A DNA stretch of 60,769 nucleotides, the filler included. It is 3 parts of 3 records of this genome, joined end to end, with 100 filler letters (N's around TTAATTAATTAA, not from the genome) between each part and the next. Parts side by side here need not be neighbours in the genome. Positions count along the whole stretch, not along the records: positions 37,482 to 60,769 come from SRR22947727_378; 2 more parts are not named here. The stretch is one strand, 5' to 3'. The notes beneath the pieces are model-generated. The model saw only the letters and a list, made by a program, of their open reading frames with translations, searched no databases and was not told where the DNA came from. Below are positions 38,485 to 49,211 of this stretch, in pieces. Each line of letters begins with the position of its first letter. Position 1 is the first letter of the stretch. The position numbers and the translations under genes are program-made.

Positions 38485-41400
38485 CTAGGCCACCAGAGTG
38501 ACGTCCCTGCGCTTCCTCATGACTCGCAGGTTGGAGAACACAGACCTCAGATCCACCCATCGATATGCACTCTTGTTCATGAGCAGCGCGGCCTGGGCTG
38601 CGGTGAAGTCGAGCGTGCCACGCACCGGCTGGAGCCGCGCCGTTGCAGCCTCTTTGGCCTCCTTCTTAAAGTCCTTCACGGCACCCTGCGTGTCGAAGAG
38701 CCTGTGAAGGAATGAAAGCTCCGTGTAGAGGCGGGCCTCGGACATCTCGGGGTGCATGGTGCCGGAGCACTTGAAGTCGGAGGGCGCAGTGCCCGGCATG
38801 GAGTCGGGCAGATCCCTCAGGCAGACGTTCCTTGTGCGGCAAGGGAGCATCTCGTCATCGCTAACGAGCCATCCGTCGTAATATTTCTTGATGTTGGCGC
38901 GGGCGCGGAGGCGGACCTGGTTGGAGACCTGGGCTGGGGTCAGCGGGGTGTCCTCGGTCGCCTTAGTTTTCTCATCTGGGGTGCTCCCGGCGCCTGCCAC
39001 GTCCACTGCTCCGGATCCATACACGAAAATCTTGGCGTTTGCTTCGCCGTCCAACTTAAGTAGATCCCTCACACCGTCGAACTTGATCTTCTTGCCGGAG
39101 GGCGTTGTGAGCTCCAGGTTGGGGCACTCCTTGAAGCGGTCGTCGTCGTCCAGACCAGCAAGGGCAATGTCCAGCGCCTCGTCTGGGTTGATCGAGGACA
39201 TGATTCCTCCCGTTTTATACTTGCTACCGTCCATACCGAGGCTCTCTGCGATGTGGGCGGCATCTGTACCCTCGATGGGGGCGACCAAACGGCAAATGAC
39301 CGGGAACACCTGCTGGGCGATGTAGTAATCCACGTCGACCTTCAGCGCACCGTTGGATGTGGAAATCTCCTCGGGGCTCCTGGCCCTGTCGGCTAGGGAG
39401 GCTTTCCCCTCCTCGTCCACGCAGATGATGTATGGGATGGTCTCACCGGGCATGACGCCGTCCCTCTTGCCGGCAGCCCGCCTCCTCAGGGCTACTTGGA
39501 CGTGCGGCTGATTTTTGGCGTCCGGGTAATCCTCGGGGCGCTTAGTCAGCTGTTTAGTGACGACGTACCTGCCCAGAGGCACGGTGCCTTCCCTGACGGC
39601 GGCGCCGAGGGCAGTCAAATGCTCGTGGATGGCCCCCACCACTTCTTCCCTCGGTTTGCCGCTGAGGATCTGGTCCAAGCAGAACTGGGACGCCTGCTTG
39701 GCAAGTGGGCACCAGTCACGACGGACCATATCGAGTCCTTTGGCCTCGATGATCTCGACATCCTTGCCATCCGGGCCACGCTCCACTTTGACGGCGGCGT
39801 ACTTCTTCTTCTTCAGCAGGAGCATGCGCTTGAACACCCCGTCCATCTCAATCTCCAAGAGGCGGTACCTCTTGTTGACCTCTTTCTTGATAATATGGCC
39901 CAGGGCAATGACGTCTGCGAGCTGGTCCGTGCTGGTGTCCACCATGATCGAGTCAGTGTCTCCATAGACGACAGTCCTTCCGATGTTGCTCTGAACCAGC
40001 TCGACCGTTGACTGCAGGATCTCACGTCCCTGGGAGGTAATGAGCTCGGCAAGCGGCTTGGCGTAGAACCTCGAGTTCGAGAACCCGAGGCACCCGTACA
40101 TGGAGTTGGCTAGAAGCTTGATGGCCTGCTGCCTGATGTTCAGCTGCTCCTTCTTGACGCTGTCCCTCTCGCCCTTGATCATCTCCTTCACACGCCTACG
40201 CCTGTCGACCAATGTTCCGATGACCCTTGGGAGGGGTGCCTTCTCGCCACTGGCGTCTGGGAGCCGGGCCATAGCACCCTCGGGCGGGCGCTCGACAGTC
40301 GTGAAGCAAATGTTGTACTCCTGGATGATGGACGGGTACAGCGAGTTGAAATCCAGCAAGAGGATATACCGGTCGTATAATCCCTTCTTGGGCTCGAGTA
40401 CGAGACCTCCAGCGTACTGCGGGCCCTTACCGCCCTTCTTGGCTGCTGTGCCGCCCGCCTCCTCCACCATGGCTGCCCGCTCCTTGGCAGTCATTTTGTC
40501 CGGCAGGATGAACTTATTGTTCTGAAACTCATGAAGCAACAGATATTCGATGCGCTGCGCCCTCTGGTTCAGTAGCGCCTTGCTCCAAAGCGAGCCAGAG
40601 AGCTCGGCCAGCTGACGGGTGAGCGGCAGCACCGCAAGGAAGGATGCGAGACGCATCGCAAGCCACGCATCGCTCTCAGTGTGTTGAATCATCTGAACCA
40701 GCTTGTCAGACGATAAGAACCTAGCCTTGATCTCCGCGTGGCCAATTTCAGGACGCACCTCGCCAAGGAGGTTCCTGCTAAGGGCCGTCAGGGAGTACTC
40801 GGCCTCCCTGACGAGCTCCCTGGCCGCCAGGTAGGTGTCGCAGATCAATCTTCCGGCGACGACAGACAAGGCGCCAGCACCAGCGCCTCCCCCGTGAGAG
40901 TGGCCACCGCCCCCCAAGTTGGGGAACTTGGTCCTCTTGAGGCGGCCCAGACACGCCCAGTGTGGCACCTTGAGCTCCTTCATCCGGTGGAGGAGAACGT
41001 CCAGATCGAACCCAGAGAAGTTGTGGCCGACGAACGCATCAACATCAAGATCCTTAAGCTTCATCACTAGCATGGTCAGAAGGGCGCGTTCGGTCGGCTG
41101 GAGGGCGATGATGTTCCCACCGTTCCTCTTGCCGAGCTCACTTTCATTGGCCTTCTTCGCCATTGTGTCGAAACCAGCAGGATATCCCATGCCCGACAGC
41201 TTTCTGATGGCACTGAAGTGCCTGATGTCCCTCTTGGAGACTGGCAAGGGGCCATCTGTGTTGACTTTGGTCATATAGACAACCGAGACGCTGACCACCT
41301 CGTTGGCGGCGGTTTCCGGGTTGACGACCGTCTTCATGGAAAGTGACGCCATGCAGATCGGCGGTGCCGGTTTCCATCCCGTTGGAGCAGAGATGATGGC

Positions 41401-43298
41401 CTTGTGTCCCTCGACGTGCACCTCGATGTCGCAGTAGGACACTTGGCAGTTCTTGTCGGCCCTGGTCGGCTTCGTGACGTGGATCCAAGACGGCCCCATT
41501 ACCTTCCTCTTCAACAGGAGCGCCTCGAGGCTCGACTGGGTCGTTCCAAACATTTTGCTGAAGCTTTTTCCGGGGATATTCAGCGGCAATGCCTTCCCTT
41601 GCGGGAACCTGACCTTGAGAACCCACTGGTTGCCGTGTGGCACCGAGGTGTCCTCGAAAGCGTACGTGCGGTGCACAGGCTTCATGGTCATCTTGTTGAT
41701 GCCCATTTTCTTCAGGATTCCGGTCACCTCCGCCTTGACTTCGGCGAACGCGCCATGAAGCGCCAGCATCCTCTCTTTCTTCTCGTCGGCATCACCCACG
41801 GTCTCCAGGTAGTCAACAGGGAGATCCACCGACGTTTTCGGCACGACAAACACCGTCTTCTGGATGTTCTTCACGATCGTGCAGCAGGAAGCAAACTGCC
41901 CCTCTGCGACCTGGGTCTTGCCAAACAGATACACCGTGCCAGAGTTTGCCATCTCCTCGTGGGCGTCAATGAGGTACATCGACATCCTCGAGTCGCTATC
42001 CAGCTGCAGCGATCCGTCGTCCACCCATGGCGTCTCGTCTTCCTCCGGTTCGCCCGCAAGTTCGTCCTCGTAGAGCGCATGCCAGTCACTGGCAACGGGA
42101 GCTTCGGCCTCGTTATCCTGGGCGTCGGCAGCAGTGGCGGGAGACGGGACGTCTGGCGTATCTGCGACCACCTGGGCATCGACGGTATCCAGCTCCATGG
42201 GATGGGCCGCATCCTCGTCGTCGTCTTTCCCCGTCCTGAAGGCATCCTCAGCCTCAACCCTCTCGACCTTCACCTCGGTCTTCACCTGGGTCTTCACCTG
42301 GGTCTTGCCATCGCCCTGCTCGGGCGCGCCCATACCGTCGTCAATAGGGCCGTAGTCATAGTCATCGCAGTCGTCAAAGAAAGTGGGCTCCTGCTCAGGC
42401 CCCTTGGCAGACGCCGGCTCTTCCGCAAACTGGACACGCCTCCCCTGCATTTGAGCCTTGGGCGTCTGGAACGACCCGCCAACCTTTGACCTGCCATATT
42501 CTACACTCGCTGCCACGCTGCGCTTGGCGACGCTGCTCGCCAGCGCCGGCCTGGCCCCAGGCTTCAACCTCGAGGCAACAGACGCCCTCGCTGCCGGCGT
42601 CCTCCTCGTCACGGCGCTCCTCGGCGTCGTGTGCATGCTCGAGGGCGTATCCAAATCTCCCAATATATCCTCCAGTAGCGCATCTGTCTCCGCCGCATCG
42701 ACCTTGGAGGCCTTGGTGGCCACGCTCGGCTTGGCACGCACCACAGCGGACTGGAACATCTTCTGCATGCGCTCCTTCGCACCGGCGACCGGCTCTACAG
42801 CCACGCCCTTGCCACCTTTCGACGCCCCGCCGACCTTCTTCCCCTTCTTCCCGGCCTTGGCCTTGGCCTCGGCATCCTTGGCGTCCCAGTCGACCCAGTC
42901 GACCTCCTCGCCAATGTCCGTGTAGCCTAGGTCGTCGTGTCCCACCACAAAGCCACCACCTGCATAAAATCAGTCAAATATCGTCGTATACGGTGAGTTG
43001 GATGGCGGGATCGCCCGGGAATTTGAATTTCACGGATTTCACAAGGACGAGATGAAATCCGGGCTCGCGTACCTTCCTCACGACGTTTTTGAACGAGGCG
43101 AGCGTAGTCGTCTTCGTTTACTTCATCATACACATCTTCCTCCTCCACGACCTCGTACGCGTCGACCCTGCGTCGACCCGTCGCTTTGAGCTCGCGCAGT
43201 TGGCTCAGGGCATCCTTGAATTTCTTTCCACCGCGCTCTGTCGTCGCCTTGCGGCGAACGCCCCTACCACTGCCGCTACCGGTTGCCCCGTTCGTCAT
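38485..43298 (-). CDS. POLA1: DNA polymerase alpha catalytic subunit; exons 43073-43298 and 38485-42959
   Basis: [50 protein letters not shown] intron 42960-43072 joins [17 protein letters not shown]. Confidence 0.95.
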
Positions 43299-43334
43299 GA
43301 TGCGCGAGGCTTGGACAAAATAGCGAAATAGCGT

Positions 43335-44804
43335 TTACTTTTGGCCGAGACAAAATTCAAATTTTCGTCCCTCTGAATCTAATGCTCCGGAGCATGATGG
43401 ATCCATCAGAATCTGGATATCCCTAGCGTTCCTGTGGATTGCCCCGTCCATCTTTGCAATTGCGTCCGCGTAGTCTTTCATGATGTTGAAGGCCTGGCCC
43501 AGACTCTCCGCATCAATGTCGGCTCGTCCACTGGCCTGGCCCATGCTGTGGGCACTTCCGACCTGCATCCTCGCCGCGGAGGCCACCGAGTCGACTCTCC
43601 CCAACAGTCCTTGTGCCGAGTTTGCAGCAATCAACGATTCCATCTGCCGCAGCTCCTCGCTCAGCTTTTGGAGGACAATTTTTGGAGTGGACTTGTCATA
43701 GCCAACGGCCCGTGAGAACCTGGCCTCGAGGGCGTCGATGTATCGCAGCGTCTTGAGGAGGTTCCGCGAAAGTTCTTGATGGCGTGCCTTGATTGCGTCC
43801 ATTTGGACCCGGACGATTGTCTCGTGCCGGTTGGCCAAGGCGGCAACACTCTTCTGCAGCACCTCTAACCGGTCCTTATGCTCTTTAAGTGCGTCATTCT
43901 GGGCAGACTTCCGCTGGAGTAAACCATTGAAACCGTTATAGGGCACCGGCCAGAGATTCTGCGGGTTATCAGGTCCGCCAGCTCGCCGCATCGCCTCTCG
44001 CCACTGAAGCTCGTCGATGTCGTTTGGCTTTACCCGCTGGGCAGGGTCTTTGATGACGTTCAAGAACAGGTGCTGGAACTTGAATCTGGAGTTATTGGGC
44101 CCTGCAACGTAAGACTCCTTGATACTCTGAAGCTCTCTGATCGCCGAATCGTCCGGGAACTGGGCATTCTGGGCAGGGTTGATGCCCTGGAAGGTCGTTG
44201 TATTCTGCTGCAGTGATCCAAACGATAAATTGTTCTGCTGCTGATGGGAGGGGACGAGGGCGTTGGACGTCCCGAGGCCCGCGCCAAATCCAGAGCTGAA
44301 GCCGGAGCCGAAGGCAGTAGTGGACGCTGCCCCGGCGCCAAATGCCGGCGTGGAAGCGGGTGCACCAAAGTTCCCGGTCGCCGCGGTGCTCGCCCCGAAA
44401 CTAAATCCACCGGGCTGTGAAGTGGTCCCTGGCGCTTTGGCGGGAGTCAATGTAGACGCCGGGGCGCCGAATGGCGACGATGGGGGCAGCGTGCTGGTGC
44501 TGGTACCAAATGTCGGCATTGAAGGATTTCGTTGAAGCCCCGAGGAGGATTGGGGAGCTCCCTGACTCGCGCCGCTCGAAAAGCCAAATGCCGGCGTCTG
44601 CGTATGGGGGCGTGACGGGCGTGAGAACGAGTGAATGGCAGCGCTGGAGGACAGCGAAATCCACGACGCTCAAGCTCGAAGAAATCGAGCGGTTGCAAAG
44701 GCAAACGGGCGCCAAGGACCGGGCGGGGTGTCCAGACGACCGACCAAGTGTTTGGGTGGCGAACGTACCGACGACGCGGGCGTCGAGCCGAACTGGAAGC
44801 TCAT
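43335..44804 (-). CDS. NUP54: Nucleoporin Nup54; exons 44769-44804 and 43335-44597
   Basis: FG repeats, FKFQHLFLN, LWPVPYNGF, coiled coil; MSFQFGSTPASS exon, GTACGT..GCAG phase-0 intron 44598-44768. Confidence 0.85.
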
Positions 44805-44806
44805 TT

Positions 44807-47259
44807 TTACTTGTTAGTCGAGGACGACGACGACCGTTTCCTTTTCTTCCCACCGAGCACCTTTTTCGCGCTGGCCATCAGGCCCTTGGTCTTCTTCACA
44901 CCCTTCTGGAAGGCATCAAAGAGCTTCGAGTTGTTTGAACCTGGCTCTTCGCCCTTCTTCCTGACTTTCTTGACGCGGCCCTTGTCGTACTCGGCATCGT
45001 ACGCGTCAGGCTTGTTTCCCCCAGATGGCTCCGACTTGCCCATAATAACGTCCCGCCGCTTCTTCGTCTCGACATCAACCGTGTCCCATGTTTCCAGGCC
45101 CAGGGAAGCCCTCTTTAGGGGCTTCGCGTCCGCAGATGCGGTAATGGCGTCCGCACCTCGCCTGGAGACAGACGTTGCCTTCAAATACGATGATTTCGGG
45201 GTCGCTTTGGGCGACTTGCGGGATCTCGACTTGGCATCGAGATCCATCGGATCGTCGTGGGCCCCTTCAGTCGTCCGTTTCTTTGCCGGTGGGACACCCT
45301 TTGCCTTCTTACCTCCCCCATCGTCCCACAGGCTGTGCCTCTTTGGGAGTATATTGTAGCCGCGCTGGGTCTTACTCCGCGCGATGGGGGTCAATGAGGG
45401 ACCCGGACTCCTGATGGATCGAAATGGGGCTCGCTGGGTGGGAGAAAAGAGGGATCTCTTGCCGGGTGCTTTCGGCTTTCGGGCCAACTTTGACTTGGAG
45501 CGCGTGCCGGTGGTTTCCTCGGCAGCAGGCGGCGGCTTGGCCACCGGGGTTTGGTGCGGCGGTTTCTTTTTAGGCGCCTCATCTTTCACCGTTTTCATGG
45601 CCTTTGCCTTTTCCACCGCCTTTGCCTTTTCCACCGCCTTTGCCATTTTCTCCTCGTCCACATTTTGTTTCCGCTTCCCCTTTGCTGCAACAACTGGCTC
45701 TGAGGGGGGTGCAGCCGTATTGCTCTGGGTCCGGGCCCCGCCGGCTGCGGTCATCGCCGATCGCTTCGTGTAAAATAAGATGTATGGCTGCTGTCCCATT
45801 GCGTTCCTTGCACTACTCGGGGCGACCCTACTGTCGTCAAACTTGTGCCACTCGCCCCCAGCGCTCCTGAGGAAGCTGTAATAGTGTCCGCTGTGCATGC
45901 TAAACCCGTCATGGACCAGGATCCCATACAAGTCATAGATTGTCGAGCCTTTGGGTTGAGGGTGGCTCATGAATGGCGCCAGATCGATGGTCTCGTCAAA
46001 TTCCACGTGCTTGGAGATTTTCCGTCCCGACCGACTAAACTCGAATCGCTTCAGCTGAATGATGAGTGTATTGGGTGCACTCTCTATGGTCATTCGCTTG
46101 ACCGCCTTGACCATCGTGTTCTGCTTTGGGCACTTGTAGCTGTTTTGCCCGTCGAGCACCTCCCCCGCTGTAAATCTCTGGATGGCCTTCTGAACGCTGT
46201 GCGCCCTGGAGATTTCCAGCGACAGATCCAGGAACGGGTCGTAGGTGTTGGACTCGTAATCACACTGCGTACACTTGAGCTGCGACCTGATCTTCCCGCC
46301 GAAGATCTGGTAGACGAAAGATGTATACTCCAGCTCACGACTTGGCTTGGGGTTCATGCCAGCGATGCTCCTGTCGTGCAGGGCGTCCAACAGCGCAATC
46401 AGGTACTCGTGTGCATCCTCCTGCCGCCCCAATCGAAAACTTTGAGAGGGTCGTATGTACGTCATTGAAGGAGTTAGTTGTCACGTCAACGCGGTGAGAG
46501 GCAAGAACCATAGCAGCTCAGTCAACAACCACGGACCATGGACCAATCAGCGTGTGTCAGTGTAACTATGACTATAAAACAGCATCATTGTCACGAACGC
46601 AGTCAAAACGCTGCTTCAATGACTCAATGCTATTCGTTATCATCATCCACACACTGTAAATGGTCCGTGTCGTGAGGGCAAAGATGGCAAAGTCAGACAT
46701 ACCCTCTGTTTATCCGCTTCAACGATTTAGCATGCTGCACGGGGGACACAACGCCCTTCTTTCCCTCAAGCGAATCCTCCACCAGCCGCTGCGTCATTCC
46801 TATCGGGTCCAGCTCGCCATGTGCCGCCGGCTTGTGCGCCAGGTTTCTCCCTGACAGGAGCAACTCGGCCAACGCCGGCGTATGCACCAGGCACTGCAAC
46901 ACTGAGTTCATGAAGCACGTATTACCGAGATTCGTGAGCCCCGAACCTGCCCGGCGCAACTTGGTCCACTGCATGCGGAGTTCCTCTCTCGGGAACAGCT
47001 CGTCCTGGCTCCGCGTCTTGACGCGGCTGCCGCCCGGTGACTGCGGTAACCGAGGTGATTTCGGATCCCCGTCATCTCCCCTGGCCCTCTGCCTTTTATT
47101 CTTAAGCTGTTTCGCCGCCATGTCGCCCTCGCCAGCGTTCAACTCGACAATCCGCAGGCCAGTGTTCCGAACAGCAGGACGCTGCTTTTCGAACCGGGCC
47201 GGAACAAATTCCAATCGATTCAACGAAGCCTTCTGTTTGGTTTTCAGAGGCTTACCCAT
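44807..47259 (-). CDS. Ubiquitin-specific protease USP36/USP42/UBP23-like; exons 46703-47259 and 44807-46439
   Basis: Cys box GLTNLGNTCFMNSVLQC, QEDAHEY, His box SGHYYS, C-terminal YDAEYDKGRVKK; intron 46440-46702 GTATGT..ACTAAC..AAG. Confidence 0.9.
46552..46654 (-). ncRNA. Intronic box C/D snoRNA, SNORD46/snR63-like (LSU rRNA helix 69 guide)
   Basis: Box C ATGATGA (46646-46640), C'-like ATGATG, guide AGTCATAGTTAC, box D CTGA (46560-46557), terminal stem GTGTG/CACAC. Confidence 0.88.
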
Positions 47260-47434
47260 CAATCCCGACAGACAGTGCGCGTCTTAACCTCGAAAAAATG
47301 CATTCCAACAGACAATTGGGAAAGCCTGCGCTAGACGGCTCGCTCGAATCGGACCGAGGCGTGCGCGAACGATTTCAATTATGAGAACGACCGCGTTCTC
47401 TATCCTTCCACGCCAGCGCTTGCGTTTTGACACT

Positions 47435-48190
47435 TTATTTTTCTACCTGGGATTTGAACTGCTGGTCGGCTTTGCGGATGGCCACGTGCTTGTTGCGCCT
47501 CTCCTTGCCACGCTGCCGCACCAAACGCACGCCAGGTAGCACCCGTTTCAGAAGGTCCACCTGCATCAGAGTCAACTTTTGTCGCCGGTAGAGCACCCGC
47601 TGCCGCTCAAGCCAACGCGAAGCCTCCACAGCATCCGCCACGCCGTCCTGAAACGGGTGAGGATCTTCCATCTCGTGGTTCAGAAAGTCTTGTATCCGAT
47701 CCGGGTCCGTCTCTTTTTCCAAATAGGCCTTGGCAGCGTGGAAATTTGACCACCATTTGCTCTCGACGGTCGACGGCACCTCCCACACCATGCCAGCCGA
47801 TGTCAGCAACTCTACCTGGTCATCGGTCAGCGCGTCCATGTTCTTCCGCAAAAATTTCATTGTTTTCACGAGATATCTGGCTTCCTCGGTTTCCAACGAC
47901 CTCGGGACGACGCATTTGTGATAGACGTCCTTCCAGGCGCGTAAGGCGTTTGCAGCAGGCAGCACGGCGGCACTGAGCGCGTCCAATCGTGCCGGGGCTC
48001 CCTCTCCAGAGTCCGACCCTCCAACAGCGTTCATATGCACGTTGTCCGGTCGTCCACGCCGATGGTCGTGCTGGAGAAGGCGCCGCGGAGCCCGAGAATA
48101 GAGGTGGACTGGTGAGGCTGCCAGTCTCGATGTGCATGCGCCGCAAGACGTGCCCGTCACCCGCGCGCGCAGCCCGTCCTGACTATTCAT
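47435..48190 (-). CDS. Helicase-associated (HA) domain-like protein, probably organelle-targeted
   Basis: W..NF..AKAY and WLERQRVLYRRQKL...DLL patterns; Arg/Ser-rich N-terminus. Confidence 0.55.
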   Translation of the reverse strand: MNSQDGLRARVTGTSCGACTSRLAASPVHLYSRAPRRLLQHDHRRGRPDNVHMNAVGGSDSGEGAPARLDALSAAVLPAANALRAWKDVYHKCVVPRSLETEEARYLVKTMKFLRKNMDALTDDQVELLTSAGMVWEVPSTVESKWWSNFHAAKAYLEKETDPDRIQDFLNHEMEDPHPFQDGVADAVEASRWLERQRVLYRRQKLTLMQVDLLKRVLPGVRLVRQRGKERRNKHVAIRKADQQFKSQVEK

Positions 48191-48316
48191 ATGGTAATAT
48201 CAATCGACTCCCGCGAACAGCGCACCCAGCGCTTGCCCCAGATGGCCACTGGAAAAACTTCGTTTACAAAGTTGGGAGTGGGAAGAATGATAGATAGAGA
48301 GGGCTACAAAGATCGT

Positions 48317-49127
48317 TTACTTCTTCTTGCCGGGGATCGCAACGCCCTTTCCTTTGCGGGTCCTGGCGTTGTTCTTGGTTCCCTGTCCTCGGACTGGGAG
48401 TCCCATGATGTGCCTCTTTCCGCGGTAGCACTGGATCTCTTTCAACCTCTTGATGTTCAGGTTCACGTATCGCCTCAGATCTCCCTCGGTCGTGTACTTG
48501 TCAACCTCCTCACGGAGCGTGGTCAGGTCTTCCTCGGTCAGGTCCCTGGTGCGGCGGGTTCCGTCAATGCCGGTGTCGACAAGGATGGCCTTGGCAGTCG
48601 TGTGTCCGATTCCGTAGATGTACTGCAGGGAATACTCGATCGGCTTGGCGTTCGGGATTTCCACTCCTCCGACACGAGCGTTCATGATCTGCAGCCTGCC
48701 GCGGGCGGGGAGCGTGGCTTGCTTGGGAGCAGCGCGGAGCTGCGGAGCATGGGCGAGTGCGGGGGTGAGTGACGCGTCGGGCGATATTTCGGGCTTGGGC
48801 GCAGGGAAGAGCGATTCATATGATACAATATCGCGATGGACGTCCGGGAAGCGGCGCATTGGCGCAGACGGGCGAGAAATTGCCCATCTCTCCAACACGC
48901 GCAGGAGCGAATCCTCCGCCGGCCGGGCAGTTGCGACAGATGGCAGCATTTGCTGCGCCTTAATCGCCCAAATTATGCCATGTGTTGTCACATTTCGGCA
49001 AACGAGCTGGAATATTGCGAGGAATTCACGCCCATGTCTGAGTGGAGGCCGACGAGCTGTGCGCACCACGAACCTTGCTGGAGTCGACGGAGAGCCGTCC
49101 AAACTGCGAAGTGAGTGCACTGGCCAT
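48317..49127 (-). CDS. rps13: Nuclear-encoded plastid ribosomal protein S13; exons 49074-49127 and 48317-48739
   Basis: [39 protein letters not shown]; transit-peptide exon [18 protein letters not shown], intron GTTCGT..GCAG; TGTAA signal at 48268-48264. Confidence 0.9.
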
Positions 49128-49211
49128 GGTAGATACAGATGAAATATGCAATGGAGAGAAGCGACGGCCGGGACGCTTTTTGGCCCCCAAAACTCGGCTG
49201 CCACTGCTACG

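Noticed and set aside
41404-42489. Long antisense ORFs (also 59408-60739, 49708-50328 and many others)
   Set aside because: Shadow ORFs of GC-rich, codon-biased genes on the opposite strand.
42960-43072. 9-bp hairpin CGGATTTCA/TGAAATCCG in the POLA1 intron
   Set aside because: No snoRNA boxes or guide; unremarkable by itself.
44802-44809. Stop-codon reassignment or USP-NUP54 fusion
   Set aside because: NUP54 ATG is out of frame with the USP stop, and TAA, TAG and TGA all end genes at expected positions.
42268-45645. Short tandem repeats (KTQV units in POLA1, KAVEKA units in USP)
   Set aside because: In-frame low-complexity repeats in disordered linkers; no spacers, not CRISPR.
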